Positions 21,394 through 32,800 of a stretch of DNA of 64,000 nucleotides are shown here, in pieces (the first letter of the stretch is position 1; every line of letters begins with the position of its first letter). The translations under genes were made by a program, and so were the position numbers. Where the stretch lies: the NCBI GenBank assembly GCA_964388155.1, contig CAYLYH010000008.1:258-64257 (forward strand), written 5' to 3'. Source of the stretch: an uncultured bacterium (lineage in GTDB: Bacteria; Fidelibacterota; Marinisomatia; Marinisomatales; JACNKV01). The notes beneath the pieces are model-generated. The model ran no database searches. It worked only from the letters and a program-made list of their open reading frames with translations, and was not told the DNA's origin.

Positions 21394-22263
21394 TTATTCA
21401 AATAACAACGATTCTTGAGATAATAAAGCACGAGCGATTTCTTGTTCGAACAGATTTTCCGGCATGACCTCCGGAATTTGGGACGGATCGGATGAAATGA
21501 CCGATTCCAGATTAGATCGAAATTGTTCCGGTTCTCCGGATTTTGTGTGATAAAATTGTGAGAACAAAGTTTTGGTGGACAAGTATCCCGGATAAGAAGA
21601 AATCGCTTGGTCAAAATAGGATTTCGATTGACGAAGTTCGACGCCCGGGATTCTGGCGTAAAATACACCCAATAATCGGTACGGACCTCCATAATAAAAG
21701 GTTGGATTCATAATGAGAAGTTTATGCAGAACCGATTCAATCATGACACGGTTTTTTATTCTTTCAACCACAGGCTGATTGATGAGGATGGAGCCGGTAT
21801 TAACCATCCACCAATATAGGGCAGGTAACAGAGATTCTTCTATGCTCTCGATTGCAGTAACAAATTTGGCTACACTGTCACCTACCGCCTCATTATATGC
21901 TACAGAAAATGACGGTGCATTGAGTAGGGCAGTTTTAGCAGCCGCTGCACCCAGAGAATATAATGCTTCTTTTTCTGTTTGGTCTGCTACGATGTAGCGA
22001 CCATTAAAATAACATGTGTGACTGTATAATATGCCAAGTTCTAAGTTGGCTATATCTAAGTCATAGGCGAGAGATAAAAAGTGCAGAGCTTTTTGTGCAT
22101 CAGAAATATTTGATCGTTTTTCCCAGTGAATCCGCCCCTGTTTTTCTAAAAAAAGCGCATTTTGTTCAAGGATAAATTTCTGCGTATCTATCCTAGGTCT
22201 GCATCCACTTAGCAGTATTATGAATGCAGCGACAGTTATGGTAAAACGTCTGGTATTTGTCAT
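21394..22263 (-). CDS. TRAP transporter TatT-component family TPR lipoprotein
   Basis: Lipobox LLSGC; ALYWW, PTFYYGGPYRLLGVFY, PENLFEQEIA motifs. Confidence 0.75.
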   Translation of the reverse strand: MTNTRRFTITVAAFIILLSGCRPRIDTQKFILEQNALFLEKQGRIHWEKRSNISDAQKALHFLSLAYDLDIANLELGILYSHTCYFNGRYIVADQTEKEALYSLGAAAAKTALLNAPSFSVAYNEAVGDSVAKFVTAIESIEESLLPALYWWMVNTGSILINQPVVERIKNRVMIESVLHKLLIMNPTFYYGGPYRLLGVFYARIPGVELRQSKSYFDQAISSYPGYLSTKTLFSQFYHTKSGEPEQFRSNLESVISSDPSQIPEVMPENLFEQEIARALLSQESLLFE

Positions 22264-22348
22264 TTGTCTAAATCGAAACCTGTAATGGGTGAGTTATTCC
22301 TGTAATCATCGTAAATTACAGGTCGTAAGTTAGAGAAAAAATAACAAA

Positions 22349-23293
22349 ATGAAAAAAACAATTGAATTAAAAGGAATAGACTGTCGGTTGCTGTTTGGCG
22401 TAGCCGATGCAAATTTAAACCTGATTGAAAACACCTTTTCTGTGACCCTGTTTGTTCGGGGAGATGTTATCCACCTGGAGGGTGATGAAACGGAAGTGAA
22501 TCTTATCCGCGAGCTTTTCCATGAGATGATACAAACGCTCAGCCGAAAAGGGAGTTTGACACAGGACGATGTAAAACAGCTGATTCAGGTGATTCATACC
22601 GACAACGGGCATGAGACTAAATCTCCGGATAATGTGATTCATTACGGACTCAAAGGTGCTATCTCTGCGAGATCAAATGGGCAGGAATCCTATGTGAAAA
22701 CTGTTCAGGAAAATGACATTGCATTTTCGATCGGACCTGCAGGAACAGGGAAAACCTTTATGGCAGTTGCTTTTGCTGTGGCAGCGCTTGAAAATCACGA
22801 AGTCGATAAGATTGTTTTGTGTCGACCGGCAGTTGAAGCAGGGGAGAGTCTTGGATTTTTACCCGGGGATTTGAAAGAAAAAGTGGATCCGTACTTAACA
22901 CCTCTTTATGATGCGTTGGGGGAAATGGTATCTCGAACTCGATTAAAACCGTTTCTTGAAAAGAAGATTATTGAGATCATTCCGTTGGCGTATATGCGCG
23001 GACGTACATTAAGTAATGCGTTTATGATTCTGGATGAAGCTCAGAACTCTACCGCGATGCAGATGAAGATGTTTCTGACGCGGCTTGGCGTGAATTCCCG
23101 AGCAATTATTACCGGGGATATCACGCAAATTGATTTACCAAAATCCACAGAATCCGGGTTAATACAAGCGTCGGCTATTTTGAAGAATGTTGACGGAGTT
23201 GGATTTGTTCATTTAACGGAGCAAGATGTTGTCCGACATAAATTGGTTAGGAAAATCATTCGTGCATACAATTCAGTAGATAAAAATAGCTGA
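22349..23293 (+). CDS. PhoH family ATPase
   Basis: GPAGTGKT, RPAVEAGESLGFLPG, AYMRGRTL, DEAQN, TQIDLP, VVRH. Confidence 0.96.
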   Translation: MKKTIELKGIDCRLLFGVADANLNLIENTFSVTLFVRGDVIHLEGDETEVNLIRELFHEMIQTLSRKGSLTQDDVKQLIQVIHTDNGHETKSPDNVIHYGLKGAISARSNGQESYVKTVQENDIAFSIGPAGTGKTFMAVAFAVAALENHEVDKIVLCRPAVEAGESLGFLPGDLKEKVDPYLTPLYDALGEMVSRTRLKPFLEKKIIEIIPLAYMRGRTLSNAFMILDEAQNSTAMQMKMFLTRLGVNSRAIITGDITQIDLPKSTESGLIQASAILKNVDGVGFVHLTEQDVVRHKLVRKIIRAYNSVDKNS

Positions 23294-23300
23294 GTTTTAA

Positions 23301-23366
23301 CCTGGATTATTCGCCCTCCTATAAAACATTGGCGGGCAGGCCACAAAAGGCACAAAATTCACAAAA
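23301..23366 (-). repeat. 66-bp dispersed repeat copy 2
   Basis: Inverted copy of 11051-11116 (63/66 identical). Confidence 0.9.
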
Positions 23367-23709
23367 AGCTGATAATAAGGTAGTTATAATGAACTTGAAT
23401 TAAACTCTTAAGTGCCTGCCACCTTTAGGTTAGAAATGTGTTTTTAATGATAAAAATAATGAATCATATCATTCATAAGTACGAACTTTGCGGAAAAGAA
23501 TGGGGTGAACTTTGTGACATTCGTGGTTGGTGCTCACAGTCCCGTGTATTTTATGGGGAATTAATGAGGCTATGGAATATCGCATTTTGTTTCACACAAA
23601 GTCCGCAGAATAATCGTATAGACAAAAATGGAGAAAAGGAGAAGGAAAGACAGGATGCAGTTAGTAATCTGCGATTGGCAGTGAGTAGCTATTACCCTTT
23701 TTACCAAAG

Positions 23710-23745
23710 ACACTCTAACACTCTAACACCCTAACACTCTAACAC
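23710..23745 (+). repeat. Octamer tandem repeat ACACTCTA x4.5 abutting a start codon
   Basis: ACACTCTA ACACTCTA ACACCCTA ACACTCTA ACAC then ATG. Confidence 0.85.
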
Positions 23746-24996
23746 ATGAACACATTCAAAAGAGCTCCGTATTGGCTTTCACCGTCAGGTAATGGCGATG
23801 ATTATACGCAGACATACCCAAGTTTAGAGGAAAATATTACTGCGGATATTTGTGTGGTCGGTGGCGGAATAACCGGTGTTATGATTACTTATGCCTTAGC
23901 ACAACAAGGCGTGAAAGTTGTTTTAATGGAAAAGGAGACACTGGGAAGCGGTGCAACCGGTCGAAATACCGGGTTTATTTTATCCGGCACGGTAGAGCAT
24001 TATAATCGTGCGGTCACGTTTTGGGGGAAAGACAAAGCCAAACGAGTGTGGAAATACACGCAGCGGAATCATGAGATTTTGAAAGAGATTATCAAAGATG
24101 AGAAAATCGATTGTGATTATGAACAGAAAGGCAGTTTGGTCTTAGCCACCACCGAGCAGGAAGGTAAGGAAATCCGGGAGACGTATGCGTTGTTATCAGA
24201 GGACGGGTTTTCTTGTGAATGGCTGTCATCCAATGATTGTACAGAATTACTGAATACTGATTTCTTTACCGGAGCGGTACGAATGCCCCAAGATGGCGGT
24301 TTTCATCCGGTGAACTTTGTTTCAAGAATTTCAGAGACCTTGAAGAAGCAAGGTGTAAGTGTTTTTGAAAAAACACCGGTAATCGATATCCAAAGTTCCG
24401 GGATGGAAAACAACCTGGAAATCCATCTTGAAAAGGGAAAAGTGGACTGTGCAATGGCTATTCTTGCGACGAACGGTTATACGCAAAACATTGTGCCGGA
24501 GCTGAAGGATTATATCGTCCCAGTTATTGGCCAGGCTTTTGTCACTGAACCCGTGCAAAAGTCTATGTTTCGCGAGGTTATTTATGCTAATTTCGGGTAC
24601 GAATATTGGCGTCAATTGCCCGATAATCGCATCATGGTTGGTGGATTTCGTGAGCACGCCAAAAAGCAGATAATAGACATTTCAGATCACATTGATCTTG
24701 AACTGTTAGATGGATTACACGATTATTTTACAAATATTTTCACTGAAGCAAGGAATGTCTGCATGACACATGCATGGTCTGGCATCATGGGTTTCAGTAA
24801 GGATGGATTTCCGATTCTCGGAGCAACATCTGCTTATCCGAATTTATTTATATGCGGAGGATTTACCGGTCATGGATTAGGCTTCTCCGGTGCAATAGGT
24901 TTTACTGCTGCAGAGCTCATGGTGAACGGATTTGCCCCGGACGCTGATTTATTTCATATTAATCGATTCTCACAAAAAACAAGGAATTCAATATGA
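23746..24996 (+). CDS. FAD-dependent oxidoreductase (DAO/PuuB-like)
   Basis: VVGGGITG Rossmann motif, GATGRNTG, WSGIMGFSKDGFP, GFTGHGL. Confidence 0.9.
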   Translation: MNTFKRAPYWLSPSGNGDDYTQTYPSLEENITADICVVGGGITGVMITYALAQQGVKVVLMEKETLGSGATGRNTGFILSGTVEHYNRAVTFWGKDKAKRVWKYTQRNHEILKEIIKDEKIDCDYEQKGSLVLATTEQEGKEIRETYALLSEDGFSCEWLSSNDCTELLNTDFFTGAVRMPQDGGFHPVNFVSRISETLKKQGVSVFEKTPVIDIQSSGMENNLEIHLEKGKVDCAMAILATNGYTQNIVPELKDYIVPVIGQAFVTEPVQKSMFREVIYANFGYEYWRQLPDNRIMVGGFREHAKKQIIDISDHIDLELLDGLHDYFTNIFTEARNVCMTHAWSGIMGFSKDGFPILGATSAYPNLFICGGFTGHGLGFSGAIGFTAAELMVNGFAPDADLFHINRFSQKTRNSI

Positions 24997-26183
24997 CACA
25001 GTTACGTGATGTCGTTTTGGTGTCTGCCAAACGGACTCCAATCGGCTCTTTTCAGGGCGCTTTATCTTCAGTTTCCGCTACTAAACTTGGAGCTACCGTC
25101 ATCAAATCAATTATGGATGAAACCAAACTTGATCCGCAGAGCGTGGATGAAGTCATCATGGGGAACGTTTTAGCCGCCGGATCAGGCCAGGCACCTGCAA
25201 GGCAGGTAGCAATATATTCCGGATTACCAAATTCTGTGGAATGCCTAACCATTAACAAAATGTGTGGCTCGGGACTAAAATCCGTGATGCTGGCTGTGCA
25301 GGCAATCCAAGTCGGAGATGCCGATGTGATTATTGCCGGCGGGATGGAGAACATGTCCGCGGCTCCCTATCTGCTGCCCAAAGCACGTACCGGTTACCGA
25401 ATGGGCCACGGTCAAATTTTCGACAGCATGATTTACGACGGATTATGGGATGTATATGATGACAAACACATGGGCAATTGTGCCGAACTTTGCGCAAAAA
25501 AATATGAGTACACGAGAGAAGCACAGGATGTGTTTGCGATTGAATCATACCAACGAGCTCAAGCGATGCAAAAATCCGGCGGGTTTTCGAATGAGATCGT
25601 CCCAGTCGAGGTCCCGCAAAGACGGGGCGACCCGATTGTTGTAAGTGAGGACGAAGAACCGGGGCGGGCACGGTTTGACAAAATTCCAAATTTACGTCCT
25701 GCCTTTGAAAAGGACGGAACGATTACCGCCGCGAATGCCTCAAAAATCAATGATGGTGCGTCGGCAGTATTGGTTATGGCTAAAGAAAAAGCCGAAGAGT
25801 TGGGATTAACACCGATAGCGAAGGTTGTTTCTCAAGCCTCAGCGGCACAAGAACCGGATTGGTTTACCATCGCTCCGGTGAAAGCCATTCAAAAAGCACT
25901 TGATAAAGCTGAGAAAACAGCGGAAGAAATCGACCTATGGGAAATCAATGAAGCCTTTGCTCCGGTGACAATGGCGGCTATTGACGAATACAATCTGGAT
26001 ATCAATAAAGTGAATGTTCACGGCGGAGCCATTGCACTAGGACATCCGATCGGAGCATCGGGAGCGCGCGTGTTGACCACACTTTTACATGCCATGGATG
26101 CAAAAAACGCCAAAACAGGACTTGCGACACTCTGCATCGGCGGCGGGGAAGCATCAGCACTGATCGTGGAAAAATGGAGATAG
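24993..26183 (+). CDS. Acetyl-CoA C-acetyltransferase (thiolase)
   Basis: NKMCGSG, NEAFA, GAIALGHPIGASG, CIGGG. Confidence 0.96.
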   Translation: MTQLRDVVLVSAKRTPIGSFQGALSSVSATKLGATVIKSIMDETKLDPQSVDEVIMGNVLAAGSGQAPARQVAIYSGLPNSVECLTINKMCGSGLKSVMLAVQAIQVGDADVIIAGGMENMSAAPYLLPKARTGYRMGHGQIFDSMIYDGLWDVYDDKHMGNCAELCAKKYEYTREAQDVFAIESYQRAQAMQKSGGFSNEIVPVEVPQRRGDPIVVSEDEEPGRARFDKIPNLRPAFEKDGTITAANASKINDGASAVLVMAKEKAEELGLTPIAKVVSQASAAQEPDWFTIAPVKAIQKALDKAEKTAEEIDLWEINEAFAPVTMAAIDEYNLDINKVNVHGGAIALGHPIGASGARVLTTLLHAMDAKNAKTGLATLCIGGGEASALIVEKWR

Positions 26184-26339
26184 GGAGAAGAGGATAGAAG
26201 GAGACGTGGTGAAGGGGAGAAACAACCACTCACCAACTTGTCCATCGTAGCGAATCACCAATCACCAGTAACCCCCGTAAAAAACACGGGGTCTACACTA
26301 CGTTACGACAATAACCAGTAACCATTCACCAATAACCAA
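26184..26339 (+). repeat. Purine octamer tract, then ACCA(A/G)TA heptamer tract interrupted by a 36-bp hairpin element (26273-26308)
   Basis: GGAGAAGAGGATAGAAGGAGACG...; ACCAGTA AC[CCCCGTAAAAAACACGGGGTCTACACTACGTTACGA]CAATA ACCAGTA; 26269-26317 matches 60385-60459 minus a 26-bp insert. Confidence 0.85.
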
Positions 26340-26347
26340 GGATTATT

Positions 26348-27196
26348 ATGAAACAAATTGGAATTATCGGCGCAGGAACTATGGGGAACGGCATCGCCCA
26401 TATTTGTGCTTTAAATGGATATGATGTCATTCTGGTTGATTTGGATAAAGCCCTGCTTGAGAAAGGGTTGGCAACGATTAAAAAGAACTTAAACCGGCAA
26501 ATAACCAAAGGTAAGATCACTCAGGAATTAATGGACAAAGCTCTGCGTAATATCCAAATGACAACCCAAATGACTGATTTGTCCAATGCAGATATCGTGA
26601 TCGAAGCTGCGACAGAGAATCCTGAGATTAAAGATTCCATTTTTCGCCAAATGGATGAGATTTGCAAAGACGGTGCGATTTTGGCGACGAATACGTCCAG
26701 CATCTCCATCACGAAGATTGCCTCTGTTACCAAACGCCCTCATAACGTAATCGGGATGCACTTTATGAATCCGGTGCCGGTCATGAAGCTGGTGGAAATC
26801 ATCCGCGGACATTTGACGGACGATGCCACAACAACCGCCGTTATCGACATGACCAAAACACTTGGTAAATCACCGGTGGAATGCAACGATTATCCCGGAT
26901 TTGTGGCGAACCGGATTTTAATGCCGATGATTAACGAAGCGGTATTTTGTCTGATGGAAGGTGTCGCCGAAGCTGAAGCAATCGACGAAATTATGAAATT
27001 GGGAATGGCTCATCCGATGGGACCATTGACATTAGCGGATTTGATAGGTTTGGATGTCTGCCTTGCCATCATGGAGGTTTTGCATCGGGATATTGGTGAC
27101 AGTAAATACCGACCCTGCCTGCTGCTCAAAAAGATGGTGTCTGCCGGAACATTGGGACGAAAAACCGGAAAAGGATTTTACGAGTATAGCAAATAA
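26348..27196 (+). CDS. hbd: 3-hydroxybutyryl-CoA dehydrogenase
   Basis: [36 protein letters not shown]. Confidence 0.95.
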   Translation: MKQIGIIGAGTMGNGIAHICALNGYDVILVDLDKALLEKGLATIKKNLNRQITKGKITQELMDKALRNIQMTTQMTDLSNADIVIEAATENPEIKDSIFRQMDEICKDGAILATNTSSISITKIASVTKRPHNVIGMHFMNPVPVMKLVEIIRGHLTDDATTTAVIDMTKTLGKSPVECNDYPGFVANRILMPMINEAVFCLMEGVAEAEAIDEIMKLGMAHPMGPLTLADLIGLDVCLAIMEVLHRDIGDSKYRPCLLLKKMVSAGTLGRKTGKGFYEYSK

Positions 27197-27217
27197 TCAA
27201 TAATTAGGAAATACAAC

Positions 27218-28363
27218 ATGAACTTTGACTTAACGGAAGAACAGGAATTACTACAAAAAACCGCTAGAGAATTTGGCGAAGAGCATTTAGCGCCCGGTGT
27301 CATCGAACGCGATGATAAGGGAGAGATGCCGAAAGAACAGATCAAAATGATGGCGGAACTGGGATTTTTGGGTATGATGATTCCGGAAGAATGGAACGGT
27401 GCGGGGATGGATGCCGTCAGTTACGTGCTGGCAATGGAGGAAATCTCACGCACCGATGCCTCCGCCGGGGTGATTATGTCGGTGAACAATTCATTGGTTT
27501 GTCAGATATTTATGGATTGGGGTAACGATTTTCAGCGTGAAAAATATCTCAAAAAATTGGCTATGGGTGAATGGCTGGGCGCGTTCAGCCTCAGCGAACC
27601 GCAATCCGGGTCCGATGCCAGTAATATGCGGACGTATGCAGAAAAGGACGGCGACCATTATGTGCTTAACGGCACAAAAAACTGGGTGACCAACGGAATC
27701 AGCTCTGATGTGGTCATTATCTTTGCCGTAACGACAAAAGGGATTGGCTATAAAGGTGTGTCAGCTTTTATAGTCGAAAAAGGTCTCTCCGGATTTTCTG
27801 TGGGCAAGAAAGAGGATAAATTGGGAATCCGTGGATCGGACACTTGCGAATTGTACTTTGATGAGTGTAAAGTCCCGGCTGAAAATTTGATTGGAAAGGA
27901 AGGAGACGGGTTCCGCATCGCCATGAAAACCCTGAACGGCGGGCGGATTGGCATCGCCTCACAAGCACTTGGGATTGCTCAAGCATCCTTGGATAAATCT
28001 GTTGAATATGCCAGAGAGCGAAAACAGTTCGGAAAACAGATTGGCAGTTTTGGTGCTATCCAAAGCAAACTGGCAAATATGGCGATCAATGTGGAAGCGT
28101 CTAGATTGCTCATTTTGAAAGTCGCCAAATTAAAGGATGAACATAAGCCCTATGCCAAAGAAGCCGCCATGGCAAAGCAATTTGCGTCACAAACGGCGGT
28201 AGATGCCTCACGAGAGTGTGTGCAAATTTACGGCGGATACGGGTATATGCAGGAATATGGAGTAGAACGTCTTATGCGGGATGCGAAAATCACACAGATT
28301 TACGAAGGAACATCAGAAATTCAAGAATTGGTTATTGCCAGAGCATTATTGGAGGGAAGATAA
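27218..28363 (+). CDS. Short/branched-chain acyl-CoA dehydrogenase
   Basis: FSLSEPQSGSDA, KLGIRGS, GGYGY, IYEGTSEIQ. Confidence 0.95.
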   Translation: MNFDLTEEQELLQKTAREFGEEHLAPGVIERDDKGEMPKEQIKMMAELGFLGMMIPEEWNGAGMDAVSYVLAMEEISRTDASAGVIMSVNNSLVCQIFMDWGNDFQREKYLKKLAMGEWLGAFSLSEPQSGSDASNMRTYAEKDGDHYVLNGTKNWVTNGISSDVVIIFAVTTKGIGYKGVSAFIVEKGLSGFSVGKKEDKLGIRGSDTCELYFDECKVPAENLIGKEGDGFRIAMKTLNGGRIGIASQALGIAQASLDKSVEYARERKQFGKQIGSFGAIQSKLANMAINVEASRLLILKVAKLKDEHKPYAKEAAMAKQFASQTAVDASRECVQIYGGYGYMQEYGVERLMRDAKITQIYEGTSEIQELVIARALLEGR

Positions 28364-28364
28364 A

Positions 28365-29408
28365 ATGGAAGACACTCATATTAATCAACTACAAAATATT
28401 GATTGGGACAGCCTTACATTTAGTCTAACGCCGACACGATCCATGTATATGGCGACCTGCAACGCCGGTAAAGAATGGGACCCCGGAAAGTTGATGCCGT
28501 TTGGAGATATTAGCTTTTCGCCCGCTGCAGGTGTGTTAAATTATGGGCAGGGCGTGTTTGAAGGAATGAAAGCTTTTCGTACTGTCAAGGATCGCATCGT
28601 CCTCTTTCGTCCGAAGAAAAATGCTGTCAGAGCCGCCGGCTCTGCACAGCGGGTCTGCATTCCACCTGTGCCGACGGAGATGTTTTTGGATGCCGTAAAA
28701 TCTGTTGTAAAAGACAATGCAGATTATATCCCACCGTTTGGTAAGGGAAGTCTGTATATTCGTCCGGTCATCTGGGGTTCAGGTCCCATTTTAGGCGTAG
28801 CTCCGGCACCGTCATACATGTTTTTAGTTTATGTGTCGCCGGTAGGTCCGTATTTCAAAAATGGTGTGAAGAGTCTTCATCTCAAGATTACAAACCAGTA
28901 CCATCGTGCCGCACCGAAAGGTACCGGCGGACATAAGATCGTCGGAAATTATGCCGTATCTCTCTATCCGCAGCAATTAGCGAAAAAATCAGGATTTGAC
29001 GAAGCGATATATTTAAATGCTGCTGATGAACGGTTCATTGAAGAGGTTGGTTCAGCAAATATATTTATTTTGAAAGACGATGTGTTAACAACACCTTCCC
29101 TGGATGGTTCCATCCTTCCGGGAGTCACCCGTGCTTCGGTATTGAAAATTGCCCGGGAAAAATTGAATTTGCAAATCCGCCAGCGTAATGTCAGTGTTCA
29201 TGAATTACTGAATGCAGATGAAGTCTTTTGCACCGGAACGGCAGTTGTTGTCACTCCGGTCGGGATGATCACAACCAATTTGCACTCTCAAACCATAAAC
29301 AATAATGAAATGGGCCCGATAACAGCACAATTACGTGAGATACTTCTTGGTATTCAGCGAGAAACCCATGAAGATGAATTTAATTGGGTATGTCCTATCA
29401 ATGAATAA
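28365..29408 (+). CDS. ilvE: Branched-chain amino acid aminotransferase
   Basis: LNYGQGVFEGMKA, LYIRP, EEVGSAN, ILPGVTR, EVFCTGTAVVV; ATG 1 nt after upstream stop. Confidence 0.94.
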   Translation: MEDTHINQLQNIDWDSLTFSLTPTRSMYMATCNAGKEWDPGKLMPFGDISFSPAAGVLNYGQGVFEGMKAFRTVKDRIVLFRPKKNAVRAAGSAQRVCIPPVPTEMFLDAVKSVVKDNADYIPPFGKGSLYIRPVIWGSGPILGVAPAPSYMFLVYVSPVGPYFKNGVKSLHLKITNQYHRAAPKGTGGHKIVGNYAVSLYPQQLAKKSGFDEAIYLNAADERFIEEVGSANIFILKDDVLTTPSLDGSILPGVTRASVLKIAREKLNLQIRQRNVSVHELLNADEVFCTGTAVVVTPVGMITTNLHSQTINNNEMGPITAQLREILLGIQRETHEDEFNWVCPINE

Positions 29409-29832
29409 ATATAGACATCCAAGACGCCAAGCTCGTGAGGCTGTATTTCAAGCAATGTACGCACGTGAAATAGCCGGAGATGACGATAAGAAAATAATAA
29501 GTGATATAACTTTACGATATTCATTTAATAAAGAAACAGCCGAGTTTGTGACTGAATTATACACCAATACGGTAAGTCAGACAGAATGGATAAAAAATAC
29601 AATCAGCCGGCATTTGAAAAACTGGCAAATACACCGGATTGCGTTATTAGATCGTCTTATACTTCAGATGGCTGTCGGTGAATTGTACTTTATAGATGAT
29701 GTCCCGCATAAAGTTAGCATATCGGAGGCGATTGAAATTGCCCGGTTTTACAGCTCCGATGAAAGCTCCGGTTTTGTCAATGGAATCTTAGACGCCGTGT
29801 ATAAAGAAATTAAAAAAAATAGTAAGCAGTAA
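29401..29832 (+). CDS. nusB: Transcription antitermination factor NusB
   Basis: RRQAREAVFQ, DRLIL, VSISEAIEIA, FVNGILD. Confidence 0.94.
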   Translation: MNKYRHPRRQAREAVFQAMYAREIAGDDDKKIISDITLRYSFNKETAEFVTELYTNTVSQTEWIKNTISRHLKNWQIHRIALLDRLILQMAVGELYFIDDVPHKVSISEAIEIARFYSSDESSGFVNGILDAVYKEIKKNSKQ

Positions 29833-29833
29833 T

Positions 29834-29861
29834 AACCCAAAACCTAGCACCCAGAACCTAG
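29834..29861 (+). repeat. Heptamer tract AACCCAA AACCTAG CACCCAG AACCTAG between nusB and secA
   Basis: Read directly; fills most of the intergenic gap. Confidence 0.7.
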
Positions 29862-29862
29862 A

Positions 29863-32800
29863 ATGATACAAGCAATACTCAAAAAATTATTTGGATCCAA
29901 ATCGGATCGTGAAATTAAGTCTTTATGGTCTATCGTTGAAGAAATCAATCGTTTTACGGAGACATTAACGCAAAAAACAGACGGAGACATCGTCGCGCGA
30001 ACCCAAGAAATAAAAAATGCGATTATTCAGGTAAGGGAGAACGCTGAAGATGAAGTATCCGGAAAAAATCTTGACGCAAAAGAAGCACAAAAGCTTGTTC
30101 TTAAGGCAGAGCATCAAGCATTGGATGATTTCATGATTGAAGCGTTTGCGATGGTCAAAGAAACGTGTAAGCGGATGGTTGGTCAATCATGGCAAGTCAG
30201 CGGGCAGGAATTAGAATGGAATATGATCCCGTATGATGTGCAGATTTTGGGGGCGATTATTTTGCATCATGGCAAAATTGCAGAAATGAAAACCGGTGAA
30301 GGAAAGACGCTTGTGGCAACCTTGCCCATCTATCTGAATGCACTGACCGGACGCGGTGTCCACATCGTAACCGTCAACGATTATCTCGCCAGACGAGATG
30401 CCGAGTGGATGGGAGAAGTATACAAACGGCTTGGTCTTACAGTGAGCTTCTTACAAAATACCATGAATAATGACCACCGCAGAGATGCCTATTATGCTGA
30501 TATCACGTATGGGACCAATACCGAATACGGGTTTGATTATCTGCGGGATAATATGTCGTTGACAGCCGAGGAGCAAGTCCAGCGCGGACATGCCTATGCC
30601 ATCGTTGACGAAGTTGATAGTGTCCTCATAGACGAAGCCAGAACTCCGCTGATTATTTCTGGTGCGGTAGATGCTCCGGTAGATGACACCTTCCGGCAAC
30701 TGCGTCCGCTCATACAAAATTTAGTAAAAAAACAGAATATCCTTGTATCAAACTTGGTCCGTGATGCAGAATCTCTGCTTAAGGATGACAAGGATTCAGA
30801 AGCGGGATTGAAATTATTACAAGCCCGACGCGGTATGCCAAAACATCGCCGACTGATGAAAATGTTCCAGGAAACCGGGATGATAAAACTAGCGCATAAT
30901 GTCGAGTCTGCATATATCCGGGATAAGATTATGCACGAAGTTGATGAGGATTTATACTTTAGTGTCGAAGAGAAGTCTCATGTTATGGATATTACGGAAA
31001 AAGGACGAAATTTTCTTGCCCCGGACAATCCGGAAACATTTGTCATCCCTGACTTGGGCGAAATGCTAAACGATATTGATAGCAGAGATGATTTATTGCC
31101 CATCCAAATTGCACAGGAAAAAGAGAAAGCACATCAACTCCATGCGGAACGAAGTGGTAAAATTCACAATTTGAATCAACTGCTTCGGGCATTTTCATTG
31201 TATGAAAAAGATGTCGATTATGTGGTGCAGAATAACAAAGTGATGATCGTGGATGAATTTACCGGGCGTGTTTTACCCGGCAGACGATATAGTGAGGGCT
31301 TGCATCAGGCGCTGGAGGCAAAGGAAAATGTTACCATCGAGCGTGAAACACAGACAATTGCAACAATTACGATTCAGAATTATTTCCGCCTTTACGATAA
31401 ACTCTCAGGGATGACCGGAACGGCAGAGACTGAAGCAGAAGAATTTGGTGCCATTTATAACCTTGATGTTACGGTAATTCCGACACACAGCCAAATTGTA
31501 CGTGATGACCGAAATGATTTAGTGTATAAAACCAAACGAGAAAAATACAACGCCGTGATTGAAGAATTGTCATCGTGCTACCTGAAAAAACAACCGGTGT
31601 TGGTCGGGACGATTTCCGTGGAAATTTCTGAGTTACTTTCACGAATGCTAAAACGAAAAGGAATTCCGCACAACGTTTTGAATGCTAAACAGCATCAGCG
31701 GGAAGCCGAAATTGTCACCCGTGCCGGACAGCCGGGCTCAATCACGATTGCGACAAACATGGCCGGACGTGGAACGGATATCAAGTTGGGTGACGGGGTC
31801 ACGGACATAGGCGGACTGCATATCCTTGGAACGGAACGGCATGAATCCCGCCGGATTGACCTTCAGCTGCGGGGACGGTCAGGACGACAGGGAGACCCGG
31901 GCTCGACACAGTTTTATCTGTCTTTGGAAGATGATTTAATGCGCCTGTTTAACAGTGAACGGGTCGCGGCAATTATGGAAAAAATGGGTGTGGAAGAAGG
32001 GGAAGTTATCACAGCAAAAATGGTGACCCGCGCTATCAGTAATGCTCAGAAAAAAGTGGAACAGCGAAACTACGGCATCCGAAAACACTTGCTCGAATAC
32101 GACGATGTCATGAATCAACAGCGACAGGTTGTGTACGATTTGCGTAATCAGGGTCTCCATGGAGAAAATATCCGGGAGACGGTCATGGAATTTATCGAAG
32201 ACTTTGTCGAAGATGAAACCGCCGCATTGCAGGAGCAGCGATCTGACGAGTGGGACTGGGAGAATCTGAAGTACATTTTTTCTTCGCATCTGTTGGTTAA
32301 TATTGAGCAAGACAGTATATCAAGTTCATCGGATTTATCGGAAATATCCCTCGATGATTTAAAAGATTTCATCCTAAAACAGGCAAAAGAAGTTTACGCT
32401 GCCAGAGAATTGCTGATGCCTGAAGAGGTGATGCGCGGATTTGAGCGATTCATTATTTTGCGCACCATTGATGAAAAATGGAAAGACCATCTGTATGGGA
32501 TGGATCAAATCCGTGAGGGAATCAATTTGCGTGCGTATGGTCAAAAAAATCCGTTGTTGGAGTATAAGTCCGAAGGATTTCAGTTGTTTCAGGAAATGAT
32601 GGCGGATTTAAACCGAACGACGGTTCAACGATTATTACGTACCCAATTACAAGGAATGGAACAAGCTCCTCAGATACAAACACGCCAGGTTCACAACGTC
32701 AGGACGCAGCATGATGACACTACCGGTATGGGATTTGCCGCCGCACCGGAGGGAGGACAGGCAAACCGTCCGCAGCAGGCTACAAGAACCCCGGTACATG

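Noticed and set aside
23438-23734. 98-aa ORF in the phoH-oxidoreductase gap
   Set aside because: Runs through several repeat tracts, has no recognisable motif, and is most likely a chance ORF.
26184-26339. Possible CRISPR-like array in the repeat-rich gaps (also 60341-60460)
   Set aside because: No regularly spaced 25-40 bp repeats with unique spacers and no cas genes in the window.
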